Made by a program: the position numbers and the translations under genes
Assembly (NCBI GenBank): GCA_010909165.1
Contig: VJWM01000203.1
Location: 62,001-126,000, forward strand
Direction of reading: 5' to 3'
Source of the DNA: Anthoceros angustus
Lineage: Eukaryota > Plantae > Anthocerotophyta
DNA: 64,000 nt
Shown: piece by piece, positions 51,100 to 64,000 of the stretch
Layout of the letters: each line of letters starts with the position of its first letter
Position numbering within the stretch: the stretch's first letter is position 1
The notes under the pieces: model-generated
Told to the model about the DNA's origin: nothing
The model's input: only the letters and a program-made list of their open reading frames with translations
Database searches by the model: none

Positions 51100-51700
51100 C
51101 TTTGCTCGAGAACATCGCCTGCTGTCTACTGGGACGATGATCTTATCGTCGGCTTGACTCCTCCTGAATAAGTGCTCCAATTAACTCAAGAATGGGTGAA
51201 TGTCTTTAAATTTTCTTTTAAGTCATACTTCCCCGCGTTTTTGTGAGCACTCCTCAAAACAACATTTTGAGTTGTTACAAAAAATCTGTAGGAGGGTGGT
51301 AAGGATGATAATAGACCAACAAAAGAAGCTAACTCATGTAGTTTGCTGTTGGATGCAACTTCTAATTGTGATCGAGCCAATCATAATAAATTGACAAGAT
51401 GTTCGATGGAGTCCGATTCCTTCATTTTGAGGTTATGGAAATTGCGAGTAGCAGTCATCAAACTCATAACATCTATGGAGGAGTACAATTGGGCGAGATG
51501 GTCCCACAATTGTTTAGATGATCCTGCTTCACTTATGTGTCTCACCATTTGTTGTGGAAGGCCACTTATTAGGATATCTTGGGCCTTCTCATCCTTAACG
51601 CCCCAGGTACGTTTAATTTTTGGCCCCCAGGCAGGGTATTCGAGACTTCCACAAACAAAAGTTTCAAATATCCCAAAGTTTCAAATATGCCAAGGATGTG
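51100..51700 (-). mobile_element. Ty1/Copia gag (UBN2-type) remnant
   Basis: WGVKDEKAQDILISGL...SSKQLWDHLAQLY...FHNLKMKESDSI...LLSSLPPSYRFFV. Confidence 0.7.
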
Positions 51701-52020
51701 ATCCAGCTGACACCGCAACCATTCCCTGGAACAAAGAGGCACCCTAGGGAGGATGTACTGGACGCCGGAGCATGCACAGCGGAACTGGAGGAGGTCGCAA
51801 GGTGCACTTGGGCAGCCCAAGTAGTCTCTTCAAAAACCTTATGCATGTGCCCGATGTGGGTCTTCACCCCCTTGACACTGCAGCAAAGTTGAGCACAGAC
51901 AGGACAAGGAGTGTCCTTGACAATCACAGAAGGTGTAGGCCGCCCTATTGGGTAGGGTAACGCCAACTAGAGGGTGTTAGGGCCGATGAGGTGCCAAGGA
52001 TTGGGGACAAAACGACCCCA
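51700..52020 (-). mobile_element. 5' fragment of a CRE-like element with a C2H2 zinc finger
   Basis: CPVCAQLCCSVKGVKTHIGHMH, with nucleotide similarity to 29060-29230(+). Confidence 0.6.
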
Positions 52021-53359
52021 ACCTTTACCGGACATACGTAGTTTGAGCTCCAAATGGCGAGCCCCAAAAGACCGGCCAAAGAGCCTCGCCTAGGGGATTG
52101 CAACCCCCAGAACCACCACCAACCCACGAAACCAACGCCCGCACCAGAATTACTACTAAAAAATGGAGGTCAAACCCCCAAAGACCCAAAAAGAAACCCA
52201 ACAAAATCCAGGAAAAAAATTCCCACCGCAAAAGACGCATCGCCCGGAAAAACACAAAGCGTGCACAAATCACAGTACCATGAGAATCACGCCAGAAAAA
52301 CAAAACAAAACAAAACAAAACAACACATAAAACTGCCCGTACCGTAAGACGCTACTTATTACCCTCAAGCTGCACACACTTAATGGCCACCGTGATCGCG
52401 CAGGTCACAACCCACGTCAGCCCACACTGCCACCTCTCACCCGCAATGGACAGACCCCAGCCCACCGCCGCCTCCGCAACGCACGCACGGCCACACTGCA
52501 CACTTAAGCATAACCCGGCCGGGTTCAGCCCACGCCCGCCCCCGCCTCTCGAGCACTAGGCAACTGCCCCCTCCCCCGCCTGCACTCTAGCCTCACCGCC
52601 GCCCAGACACTAACTCCACACACCCCGCCTCTTTAGAAGCCGGGCCTGCCCGGCCAGCCTGCCCCGCCGCAACCGGACTTGACTCCAATGCCCCGCCTCA
52701 CTCACTGCATGGTAGCCCGGACCGCTCCGCATTCCACACCACCTTCCTCGCCGCTCACCGCAACCACGACCTCGCCTGCACCACCCCTCCACCTCGCCCC
52801 GCCAACCTTAAAACTCCAACTTAACTAGACCGGACTTCATCAGACTAGAGAACTTTGACCTTCGAGCCCACCAAAGAAAAGAGAAATAAAGGCCTCCTTG
52901 CCCCGATTCATAAGCAAGGAATCGGACCCAAGGAATCACAACTAGAGTGGCGCAACCTCCCTCTTATACACAGCCTCCCAAGGCCGGACCTTAATGAAAA
53001 AGTACGGGCCAAGCTCCTGGGCTATCGGACCTTAATGAGAAAAGTGGTCATGGAAACATAGCGCGCCATCGGACGCTTTGAGAAGCATAGAGGGAGGTGG
53101 CCCGGGTCACGAGAGTTGGAAGAGCGGAGGGACAAGGCATGGACGGCACCAGGGGCTTGAGTCATTGCTCGGGCTGCACTGTAGTCCAAGGCGGGAGGAT
53201 TGCGAGGAGCCTCGCTCGAAAGCCGGCCGCCAGACTCACGCCGAGGAGAGACGGGGCTAGTCCAGTGACTTGGTCCACCGGACCACGCCCGGGTTTCACC
53301 CAATCGAGGCGTGGCGGCCCTGGAGGAATGCCCGAGCTTTGAAAGAGGGCAATGAGGCA

Positions 53360-53786
53360 CACGAGGTGTCATTTTGACCGAGTACTAGCTCGGTCCCGGA
53401 CCGCTTAGTCAAGTACGCTCCTCGAGGTGGACCGTGTTTTTGGCGAATTCTTGGTCATTAAATATAATAAATATTAAATAAATAATTTATAAATAATAAT
53501 ATAAAAGATCGCAGACTGGAGTCCAGACAGCAAAGATTCAGCCGGCAGATTGCAAACTCGTCCATGATAAGATGTCCATGTGTCCATAATAAATATAAGT
53601 CCTTGGATATAAAATTAAGTAATTTATTAATTTTAAACCGAACCTTTTATGAACCCTCGGTCCCCAAGGGTAATAGGGGACCGAGGGTGGGGACCGGACT
53701 CTTGAAGAACCTCCGGTCCCATGTTTTTTTTAACACATGCCGGGACCGGGACCGAGCTTGGGACGGGGTCAAAATGACACCCTGTA
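53360..53786. mobile_element. MITE copy 2 (TIR GGTGTCATTTTGACC), Tc1/mariner-like
   Basis: ggtgtcattttgacc at 53365 and ggtcaaaatgacaccctgta ending at 53786 (reverse complement TACAGGGTGTC). Confidence 0.75.
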
Positions 53787-54529
53787 CGACAGTGCAAGAG
53801 GAGCAACGGCTAAATAAGGAGGACGGTCCGGAGATCAGACCCAATTTTGTGGAAGAGGCAACACAGGGTCCCGAGCTCCCGGCGCTGCCTCGGGGGGGAC
53901 CAATCTCCAATAATAAGGGGAACGGGAACTGGGAGGGGTCCGTGCCCTAGTCGCGGTCGGCGTAGGCATATATGCGTGTGGGGGATCCAATATCCTTCGG
54001 CGCGTATGTAGGGTTCGGCGTTGGCTACCAGAGTAGCTGGAGCTAGCATGTGAGAGCTAGACCTTCAGTCTGCTCCCTCACTGTGGTTTAATTTCCACCG
54101 GCTCTTGGCTCTGCTTATACTACCTTTTCAATAGAGGTAGCTGTTCTATGGAACAACGAAGCTGCAAGGTGGGAATGTTTCCTAACAAGAAGGCAGAAAT
54201 ATTCTAGTTTCTGGATGCCAACGAAACGGCAGCTGAATCATCCACGAGGAAGGGGGGCGTGGGGCATCTTCCAGTAGTTCCTGCCAGAAGCGAAAGACGA
54301 GAAACTCCTCCATCTACAGTCCAGTGCCATCAGCTATTGGGCTGCTGGGCTTCGGAGTCGGGCAGACGCCGCCCATCCCCTCGCCCTGCTCTGTTCTGAA
54401 ACTCTGTGTTACAATGAGAGGTGCCAGGATCAGAGCTAGTCATCCAATGTCCATGTCTCAGTTTGGACAGGGATGGAGTTAAGCAAGCACATTCACCCCT
54501 AATCAGCACTGGCCACTTCTTCATTGTTC

Positions 54530-57500
54530 TCACGGTCGGCCCTTACAACTGCAACAACCAGCTGCAAATCGATGCACACGGTATCCATCCCTTACAACAA
54601 TGTCTCTCCGTTCAAGCCTTGACATGATCTCCGTGGAAGTGTGGCAGTCACTGCACATGCGTAGATTCTTCATTATCACCAGAGGTGTTCCACTCGGCGT
54701 GTTCAAGAGACCAAACGCCAGAGCTAGTTTCTCAGCATGCCCACAAAGCATGTCTTCCTTTTCCTTCTCAGACAGTGGCTTCAACACCAGGTTTGTTTGG
54801 GGTACATGGCCTCCTTCCTGCTTCAGTCGTGCATTCGTGCTCTCGACCTTAACCGCAATATCCTCTCTCCTCTCTCCCACCAGAAATCGATGTACCTGCT
54901 CATTCACCTCGGTGGTAGCCACGGCAGGTTTCTTGTTAGCTCCTGCTGCCCTTCTCTGTGTTTCAATCCTCTCTACATCAGTCCACCTACCTGCATCGGC
55001 GTAGGCATTGGCCATAAGCACATATGCAGGCGCATCCAGTGGGTCCAGCCTAACTATGCTTTCAAAACACCACATCGCCCTCTCCACATCCCCGTGACTT
55101 TTGCAGGCGTTCAACAAAGACCTCAGGCACACAACATCACTTTGGCCCTCACATGACAGTAGGATCTTCTCTGCCTCATCTAAATGGCCAGCACGCCCTA
55201 GAAGATCAATCATGCAGGTGTAATGCTCAATAGTAGGTTCGATGCCGTGTTGTTCAGCCATGGAATCAAAGTGCTTGCGACCCTCGGGGACAAGTCCCTC
55301 ATGGCTGCATGCTACTAGAAGGCAAGTAAAAGTAGCCTCATTAGGATGCACACCAGCAACTAACATCTCCTCAAAACAAGCTAGTGCCTTGTGACCATCA
55401 TCACAACCACCATACCCAGCAACCAGGGCATTCCATGTCACCACATCCTTGGAGCCCAAGCTGTCAAAAACCTCGCGTGCATCTTCCAGTTCACCACATT
55501 TTGCATACATATCCACCAGGCAGTTGCCCACCACAACGTCATCCAGCAGTCCTCTTTCGACAATCTGTGAGTGCAGTTGCATGCCCTTCTGTAAGGCACC
55601 AGTGCTTGCACAGGCCTTCAGAAGGCAAGCAAAAGTAACATGGTCAGCCAAAATGAGGCCGGCCTCCTCCATTTGTCCATACACAACAAGCGCCTTGGCG
55701 AGTCCTTGCTGTGCATACCCAGCAATCAGGGCATCCATGTCACCACATCCTTTGTGGCCATGCTGTCAAAAACCTGGCGTGCATCTTCCAGTTCACCACA
55801 TTTTGCATACATGTCCACCAGGCAGGTGCCCAACACGTTATCCAGCAGTCCTCTTTCCACAATCTGTGAGCTGCCTGCCCTTCTGTAAGGCACCAGTGCT
55901 TCCACAGGCCTTCAGAAGGCAAGCAAAAGTAACATGGTCAGCCAAAATGAGGCCCGCCTCCTCCATTTGTCCATACAACAAGCGCCTCTTGGCGAGTCCT
56001 TGCTGCATACCCAGCAATCAGGGCATTCCATGTCACCACATCCTTTGTTCATGCTGTCAAAAACCTGGCGTGCATCTTCCAGTTCACCACATTTTGCATA
56101 CATGTCCACCAGGCAGTTGCCCACCAGTATGTCATCCAGCAGTCCTCTTTGACAATCTGAGTGCAGCTGCCTGCCCTTCTGTAAGGCACCAGTGCTTGCA
56201 CAGGCCTTCAGAAGGCAAGCAAAAGTAACATGGTCAGCCAAAATGAGGCCCTCCTGCTCCATTTGTCCATACAACAAGCGCCTCTTGGCCAAGTCCTTGC
56301 TGCATACCCAGCAATCAGGCATCCATGTCACCACATCCTTGCATGCTGTCAAAAACCTGGCGTGCATCTTTCAGTTCACCTTTTGCATACCCAGCAATCA
56401 GGGCATTCCATGTCACCACATCCTTTGTGGCCATGCTGTCAAAAACCTGGCGGGCATCTTTCAGTTGCCACATTTTGCATACATGTCCACCAGGCAGTTG
56501 CCAACAAACAAGTTAGTAGAAATGCCACTCTGCACCACATCACAGTGCACTTTTCTGCCAGATTCCAAGTCGGCGGCTAATGCACAAGCTTGAAGGGCAG
56601 CTACAAAGACGTGAGCATCCGCCTTCACTCCTGACCTACGCATCTCATGGTACAGTTGTATGGCCTCATTAGGTTTCCCATGCTTAGCGTATGCGGAGAT
56701 TATGGAAGACCACATGAATGCATCCGGTTTGCCTACTCTGGTGAGCACATCCATGGCCTCCTCTAGCCTACCTCTACATGCATACATGCGCAAGATATGG
56801 TTCCCCAAGTATGCATTCGACTCGTACCCAAGTTTGACACTGAGATCATGAACTCGTCGCCCCCACAACCAAATCCTTCTTAGCTGTACACAGTTTCAGC
56901 ACAGTGTAAAACAGAGACTGAGAAACAGCAGAGTCTGTCTGCGCCAGAGATTCCAGGGCTCCAACGGCCTCAGAAAGCTTCCCTGCTGACATAACGTGCT
57001 CACGGTTCAGCCGTTACGACGCCCATTTCCGATCCTGCACGCCTCCCAAGTTCAGGATTCTCCGGAGAGGTGGACTCGGGAGGAGAGGCACCAAGACCCA
57101 TCTGCATATCCAAGGAAATGAGGTGGTCATCAACCCAAGCTGGCTTAAACATGCTGTTTAACCACAGAACCTCGCCGGACCCCTTACGCCGGAAGTCAGG
57201 CGAACGGGAGCTCTTCTTGTCTCGTCTGTTATCCCACCAAACGGTAGGGTCCAGAAAAAATTGTTGCCACAAGTGCTCCTGTTCCTGACGACGACCATCC
57301 TTGGGAATCTCGTCCCCACCCGCACACTCTCTCGGATGTGGAAGTGCTGGGCTGCTTAGACTGCTGGACCTGGAACCCGTGTCCGACTGTGTACGCCTCC
57401 CAGGTTCGGGATTATCCGGAGAGCTCGACCCGGAAGGAGAGGCAGCATGACCCATCTGTATATCCAAGGAAACTAGGTGCTCATCAACCCAGGCTGGTTT

Positions 57501-57848
57501 GAACATGTTGTTTAACCACAGGACCTCGCCGGATCCTTTACGCCGGAAGTCTGGCCAATGCGAGCTCTTCTTATCTCGCCTGTTGTCCCACCACATGGTA
57601 GGATCCACAAAAAATTGTTGCCACAATTGCTCCTGCTCCTGTTCTTGGCAACGACCAACGCCCCCACCCGTAGGGTTTGTCGGAAGTGGATGTGCTGGGC
57701 TTCTTACACTGCTGCTGCTCCTGGAGGCGTGATTGTTTGCCGGAGATCGACTACCTGAGGTGAGATGAGCGGGAGCTCCTTGTAGAATGCCTGTACATAC
57801 ACCAATTTGTTGGGACCACAACGGGTCCGGTTGCCATACTGTGACCAT
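54530..57848 (-). CDS. PPR-DYW:KP gene 6 (2 PDF-like motifs, 3 repeated triplets), frameshifted as assembled
   Basis: ATG of MVTVWQPDP at 57848. PDF motifs at ~57485-57627 and ~57131-57273. ORF 54530-55738 ends HAE...CSDCH...CSCKGRP. Breaks are short indels. Confidence 0.9.
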
Positions 57849-58131
57849 CGTTCCGGGACCGTTCTCGAAAGATGACAACAGACTATCTATATAGAGCACG
57901 ATGGCAGGTAGGCTACGGTGTGTGACCACACCACCCTGAAGAAAAATGCAGACGAATTTCGATTGGGTTCCTAGAACAAAAGGCACATCGTGGTTTCGCA
58001 GTTTCGGAGAGAGATTGGCTGTGAATCCAGATTTTTTCAATTAGGTATTTTGAAAATAAATCAAAACAAATCCGGGGGAGAAATTTTAGGAAGGGTTCTG
58101 ATTCGTGATGATTGGGCCTCTTTCCATCCAA

Positions 58132-59520
58132 TCAAAACGACACCGACACCGCTCCCAAAACGGTTCGGACCCAGGAAGACGACAAAAACACCTGCCTCAC
58201 GGACTTTGTAAACTCCTCTAGGTAAGGAGATTCAGCTAGGAGGATATTATCATCTAAAGCAAAGTATCCTAGAGGGGGCTCTTTCCAGCCTGCAGGACCA
58301 GGAATAGTCGGGCAAGAACGAAGGTTGTACCTGGGTGCACGTTGTACATCTTCTATGTCATGTCCTGGACCAGTCTCGGGATAATCCTCAGGCTTCGGAG
58401 CATCCACAGGCTCTGCGTCATCCACAGGCTTCGGATAATCCTCAGACTCAATAGCATAGCCAGGATCAGGGTTGAGGTCATACTAGGCCAGGAATGTCTT
58501 TAAGGTGTTGAGGCTCCTCAATGTCAAGGTCTGGTGTGTCAAATCGTGGAAGAGGTACTAACTCCTCCTCCTCCTGCATATTAAGGACAACATGAGAGGC
58601 AGAAGCTGGAAAATGAGTAAGAGTGTCAATATCTTCAAAAGAAGTAGAGTCTTCACTAGTGTCAGAAGTGCTGACAGGAATAGCTCGCACTGAAGGAGAA
58701 ACTAGGTGAGACTCATGAAAAGTAACACTCTGTGCGTAGATAAGCTTGTGTGTAGAAGGGTAAAACAATTTGTAGCCTTTAATGCCTTCGATATAGCCAA
58801 TAAAAGTATACTTGGCTGCCTTAGGATCTAATTTTTTGCATTGTACTTTAGGTATAAAAACATAAGCAGGACAACCCAATATTCGAAGGTGATCAATAGC
58901 AGGCTTGCGACCAATAAAAGCTTCATAGGGAGTCATACCTTGAACTGCAGATGTGGGTAATCTATTGTTGAGATAAGTGGTTGTAAGCATAGCTTCGGCC
59001 CAATAAATTTTTGGTAATTCGGCTTTGGACAATAAACAGCCGGTGATCTCTTGTAGGCGTAGAGTGTTATTCTCTGCTACACCATTTTGTTGAGAGTATG
59101 AACGACAGAAAATTGTTGAGCTATACCTTCAGCTCGAATAAAATCAGCATATGCTTTTGATGCAAACTCTCTACCACTGTCGGAACGTAAAGTTTTGAGT
59201 TTCTTATTTGTTAATCTCTCAGCGCATGCCATGTAGTCCTTGAAAAAATAATAAGCATCACTCTTGTGTTTTATCACGTAGGTAAGCACAAAACGGGAGA
59301 AGTCGTCTGTGAAGGTCAAAAAATATCTACGTCCACTGAAGGAGGGTGTAGAGATAGGTCGACAAATGTATATATGAACAAACTCACGAGGTGATAAAGC
59401 CCTCTGTGGTGAGGTGTTCTGAAAAGGAGCTTGATGTCATATTGTGATAGCACAAGCTTCGCACCAAGGTAGGTGCTGAATTTTGGAGAGACAGGGAGTT
59501 CTAGAGAAATTTCCCTTGGA
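58132..59520 (-). mobile_element. Ty1/Copia integrase region, degenerate
   Basis: TFTDDFSRF, LKTLRSDSGREF, QNGVAE, YWAEAM, NRLPT, TPYEAF, HLRILGCPAYV, KLDPKA...FIGY...KGYKL. Confidence 0.9.
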
Positions 59521-60336
59521 CATTTCACCACTACAAAATGCGCGTATTTATGATAGCGGGTATGTGACAAGACCTCGGTTCACGGCATTTTGTCATTGAA
59601 TTTAGACAAACCTCCTTCTATATAGCAGTTTATATGGAGTTTGGTAACGGGTTGAAGGTCGGGAGAGGTGGGCATGGTATCTCTGTCATATTGCCACCGA
59701 CTAACCTTTGGTTAAACATAGGGCAGCCAATTGAACCCGCTTGTCAGCCGGACACTCGTTCGCTGTTCAAGCATATGCAGCCACAAAAGCCCACTTGCCC
59801 GTTCGGGAAACGAGGTGTGTGTGGTCCTTACCGTTGGGCAAACAGCTATGGCCAGTTTACGTTGAGAAGGCCACCTTGATGTTGGAGAGAGTGGATGACC
59901 TTCCTCCCGTGCCAACGGCTCCATCTCGTTCTCTTTGTTTGCCCCATGCACCTTACCAACTAAAGCTTCTGTCAAGCACCGTGCAGGTTGCGATGGAGCC
60001 TCCCCATGTAAATCGACAAATTCTCAAGGTGTTGTGCACTTGCCTCGGCTGCGAGGGTAGTACCATTTCGATCCGCGTAGACATCGCACTACGCCGCTAT
60101 CGGTCTTGGGGGCTTTTGCTGGCAGAGGTAAGCCCCATTCTCCGACCTGCCAAGTAATGGTTGCTTGTGAGCTCTGAAATTTCCCTTCTAACATAGCTCT
60201 TCACTAGCAGGCCCGGGTGGACGATGGCCACAGTGCCCCGCGCCCGCCGTTGCAAACCCTTGGTGGGCTTCATGTTGGGGGGCAGCCAAGCTCGGTGGGC
60301 ATCCCCTTGCCGGCTTCGAGGGCCAGGCTCTAGCGC

Positions 60337-62635
60337 ATGATGAATTTCATGGTCCCTATGGGGATTCCTGGGCAAGAACCTGGCTCTCCGGAGTTGGATG
60401 CTGAGGGTGAGCGCCTGGCCCAAGCCATGCGCGATTTTGTTGCAGGCATTTCGGTGGAGGGCCAAACAGGATTTGAAGAAGAGGCGGCAGAACCCCTGTG
60501 GACTATAATGGGATGTGAAGAATCCCAGCATAGTCGACTATCCGGTGCATTGGCATTTCTCCACATACAAGACTGGTACAAGATTTCAGACTCCGGCATG
60601 ACAACAATCTTCAGCCTCCTGTCTTCCTCCATCCTCCCAAAAACGAACACCATGCCTCATTCCAGGCCAAGCGTGAGTAAGATGCTCTGGAACATTGGGC
60701 AGGGCTGCATGCGCATTGATGTGTGCATGGGCGATTGTTGCTTGTTTTGGGGCCCTCGTGCACAAGATAGCATTTGTCAATTATGTGGGGAGCCTAGGCA
60801 CCGGCTTGGTGCTAGCGGGCAGCCAGTTGCACGGAAGACTATGTTTCATTTTCCAATTACAAAACGCCTTCAGCGGTTGTTCGCATGCCCCTTTGCTCGG
60901 GAGCTATCTAGGTGGAAGGACCATATGAGCACTGACATGAAGATGCGGATCATGGCGAACACCCTTGCATGGCGCGCCTTGGACGCCATAAATGGCTTCG
61001 ACTCTGAGGACCGCAATATTCGGTTGGGCATCTCCACAGACGCCTTCAACCCTGGCGGCCATCGGTCCTCATATTCTATCTGGCCGGTCCTTCTATTCAT
61101 TCATAATCTCCCGCCCTGGCTTACAACTAAGAAGCAGAGGTTTCTTTTGCCCATTATTATCCCCGGCCCGAAACAGGTTAAAAATATGGATGTCTATTTA
61201 CAACCTTTGTTGGAAGAGTTGGCGACGTTGTGGGTAGGTGTGCCAGCAGCTGACCATTCCAAACCAGTGACTAACCCTAGGCACTACTTCCACATGTGCG
61301 CTACTTTACTTCATGCGACATGTGATTACCCTGGTCTAGGAGCCCTATTCGGGCTTACTTCAAGTTCGCGGGTATCACTGCTGTTTTGATTGCGGATTAG
61401 CTAGGGTTGGACCCCCAGTGGTCACGGGCATTGGATAAAGTTGTATGCGATGGCCACCGAAGATGGTACCCTGACCTCGATGATAGCAGGCGCCACGATC
61501 ACCATGAATTCTTCAACAGCGAGGTTGAATTGCGACGTGAGCCCACCCTCCGGTCGGTCCAGGACATCATTGATGAAATGACAGCCTGGAAGAACGCAGC
61601 CCCTGCTGCCAGAGCAAATGTTAGGGCTTGGGGTGTGAAGCAGCGACTGGGTTCGTCGACACACTCCCCTACTCACCAGACATCCCAAAATTGTGGCTAA
61701 AGGATGTAATGCACACAGAGGATAACAATTGCCAAGCTTTCTGGCACATATGGACCAGCACTTGGGACACCTACAATGCAAGGATTGACCTCATGGATTT
61801 AAATTCCAAGCCCTGGTGCTGGCCGGTTGAGGACGGGAAGGGAGATGCCCACCTCCCATATGCTTCCTACATGCTCTGCAAGGATGACATCCAGGCTGTG
61901 AAGACTGAGTTATGTCGTTTGAGGCTGCTTACTACTTTTGGGTCAAACCTGGCAAACTGTTTTGGAGGCCCTAAAGTGATGGGGTTAAAGAGCCATGATT
62001 GGCATCTTCTTCTCCAGTTCTACTTCCCCATCGCATTGCGTGACAGGTGGAAAGGTCCGGAGTACAATGCTTTCGTGTCCCGAGAGCTCCATCTATTGGT
62101 GGATATGCCAAAAGGCCATCAATCCCGCTGAAATACCAGCAATGCGTGCAAAGGTTGTGAACACTGTGGTTGCCTTGGAGCGCTATTACCCTTCAATGTT
62201 GTGGAACCCTATGCAACACTTGGTCTTGCATCTGATCGATGAAGTCACCACCCACGGCACAGTTCATGCCCGGTGGATGTATCCCATCGAGCGTCACATG
62301 CATGTCTTGAAGCAATCCATTCAACAGAGAGCCCAACCTGAAGGCTCCATTGCAACAGGCTACCTAGCTATGGAAAGTATGTTTCACGCAGGGGACTACC
62401 TCGCTGCTAGAAACCCTTCGGAAGCCCATTTATTTGAACACACCTCGATAGAGCGGAGTGCTGAGCGGTCGATTGGGAAAGAAAAGGCAAGGACATTGAC
62501 TGCATTGGAGGAAAAGCAGCTGCACTGGCATTTCTTGTTGCACTCGAAAACCGTTGAGAGAATCCACGTGGAGTTTGATGCCGAGCATTCCAATCGGGCA
62601 TCATTGTTAAATCTAACTACCCCAACAAGGCCGGT
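60337..62635 (+). mobile_element. CACTA/EnSpm transposase (Tnp2/Transposase_21 plus downstream domains), frameshifted
   Basis: RIDVC..DC, CGEPR, RNIRLGISTDAFNP, YSIWPV...NLPPW, IIPGPKQ..NMDVYLQPLLEEL..LW, DYPG, DVMH, GLKSHDWH, HARWMYPIER, PEGSIA.GY. Confidence 0.92.
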
Positions 62636-62639
62636 AAGC

Positions 62640-62800
62640 TCTCATGAGCAGTTTGTGTTAAGTGCGCAATGTCATCATGGTACCCTAATTTGTATCAAGG
62701 CCAAAATCAATGGCAGAAAGTGCAGGCTCTTGATTGATTTCGGGACAACTGCTAATTTCTTATCCGAAACTTGCATTAGGTAGTTTGAAGTTGCTATGCA
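62640..62800 (+). mobile_element. Ty3/Gypsy-type aspartic protease fragment
   Basis: IKAKINGRKCRLLIDFGTTANFLS resembles the L(I)DSGAT.NF retropepsin motif. Confidence 0.55.
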
Positions 62801-63531
62801 TCTCGACAAACAGCCCTCTGGAGGGCTTTCTTTTTTGGAGAGCGAGGAAAAAGCCATGGACAAGGGAGCAAGAGCACGCAGATGAATGCGTGTTCTCATC
62901 CGCCCTGCGACTTTAATGGCGGGAGGGAACCTGTACATTGTTGGGCTTCCGATGAGCGATCATCCAGTCGCTTCTCATAATCGGCTGGATTCGAGCCACA
63001 ACAGCGGGAGGCGCCCTCCAAAGAAGGGCGCATTTTTTAGGAGGGTGCCCTTTTCTCCCGAAAAAGGCCTTTTCTGGAGGGCCTTTTTTTTGAGCGAGGA
63101 TTAAGCCACAGACTGGAGAGTAAGAGCGTGCAGATCAATGCGTGTTCTCATCGGCCTTGCCACTTTTATGGCAGGAGGGTGGCGAGAGAGTGGCATGAGG
63201 GGGGAAGTGACTGGAACCTGTATATTGGTGGGCCGAATGTGCCGCGTCCCTAGACAAGGTGGCGCTATTATGTAGTTAGGAGGTGGAAAAACAAGTGCTG
63301 TGAGAAGGAAGCTTAGGCTAAGGTTTGATGGCTATCTAAAGGATTGTAGACCATGTGGCAGAACTGGTAGGCGACTACAGGCAAGTGCTATGAACATGGA
63401 TAGTCGATGATACACAAATTGGTACACATTCAGAGGCTCTGCGTATTGCAAACAAGGTCAAAATATCAATTGTATTTATTAGATAGATACATAGTGTGGA
63501 AGACCACATGTACACTAACCCCTCTCTGAAG

Positions 63532-64000
63532 TGTCGGGATGAACGATTTTTTTTGTTTGGAGTGTGTTTGTTTGGCAAAGTGCCTTGAGAATCGCCGGGG
63601 TAAGGTCTTTTGTACGGGAATGGTCCTTGGCCCTTGGTGATAATAATTTTCTTTTTTTTCGGACCTTAGTTCTCGACCCCGGATACGTAAGTCGGAAATA
63701 GAGTCCTTGGGTTTTGGTAGTTGTAGAAATAAGAAAGTGTCTATATATGTTAGGTGCCTACATCCGCGCCAGCAGCTCAAGAGGGAGGTGGCCGCCCACC
63801 ACGGTGGTCAAGAACGGACGATGCACTGTGGGAGTTTACAACCCTAGTGGCGAGCGGGCCGCTACCGGAGCAATCGAGACGGACACACCCGGCCGCGCAG
63901 GTCGAGGCGGGCGTGAGGCGGAGCTGACAAGCTAGGCGCGCATGCAACCGCGCTGGGCCGAGTCTGCTCATTGCAGTAGGAGGCGCTACCGCCCAACGGC
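63532..64000 (-). mobile_element. End of another family A element, running off the window
   Basis: 63532-63860 aligns with 834-1160 (gaatggtccttggcccttgg, agaaataagaaagtgtctatatatgttagg, gggagtttacaaccctagtggcg). Confidence 0.75.

Noticed and set aside
62407-62783. CACTA transposase-aspartic protease fusion in ORF 61995-62783
   Set aside because: More simply a chance in-frame junction between a truncated transposase and a decayed Gypsy fragment.

Overview
Repeat-rich plant nuclear DNA, most likely hornwort. This is inferred from intron-less PLS-class PPR genes ending in a DYW:KP domain with a GRP terminus; fern or lycophyte is not excluded. The window holds six paralogous PPR-E1-E2-DYW:KP genes, the class linked to reverse U-to-C organellar RNA editing, at ~10.1-15.5, 16.0-18.6, 19.8-22.6, 23.7-26.1, 34.0-37.9 and 54.5-57.8 kb. 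Only the third is one uninterrupted ORF (916 aa). The main unusual observation is that all six carry one or two N-terminal copies of a motif (W..FF.DP..WWDNR.DKKS...PDFRRK.SGEVLWL....P.WV) matching the ssDNA-binding PDF motif of plant OSB proteins, fused upstream of the PPR-DYW editor. The PPR arrays contain 1-10 near-identical 306-bp P-L-S triplets with recurrent variation at the base-recognition residues. Between the genes are nested, decayed transposons: Copia, CRE-like non-LTR, CACTA, a mariner-like MITE and a 3-5.5 kb TG..CA family. Two methyltransferase fossils also occur: a DNMT3-like C5 enzyme (6.4-8.4 kb) and a ParB-like/amino-MTase gene split by insertions (42.6-49.1 kb). Many frameshifts look like long-read homopolymer errors.
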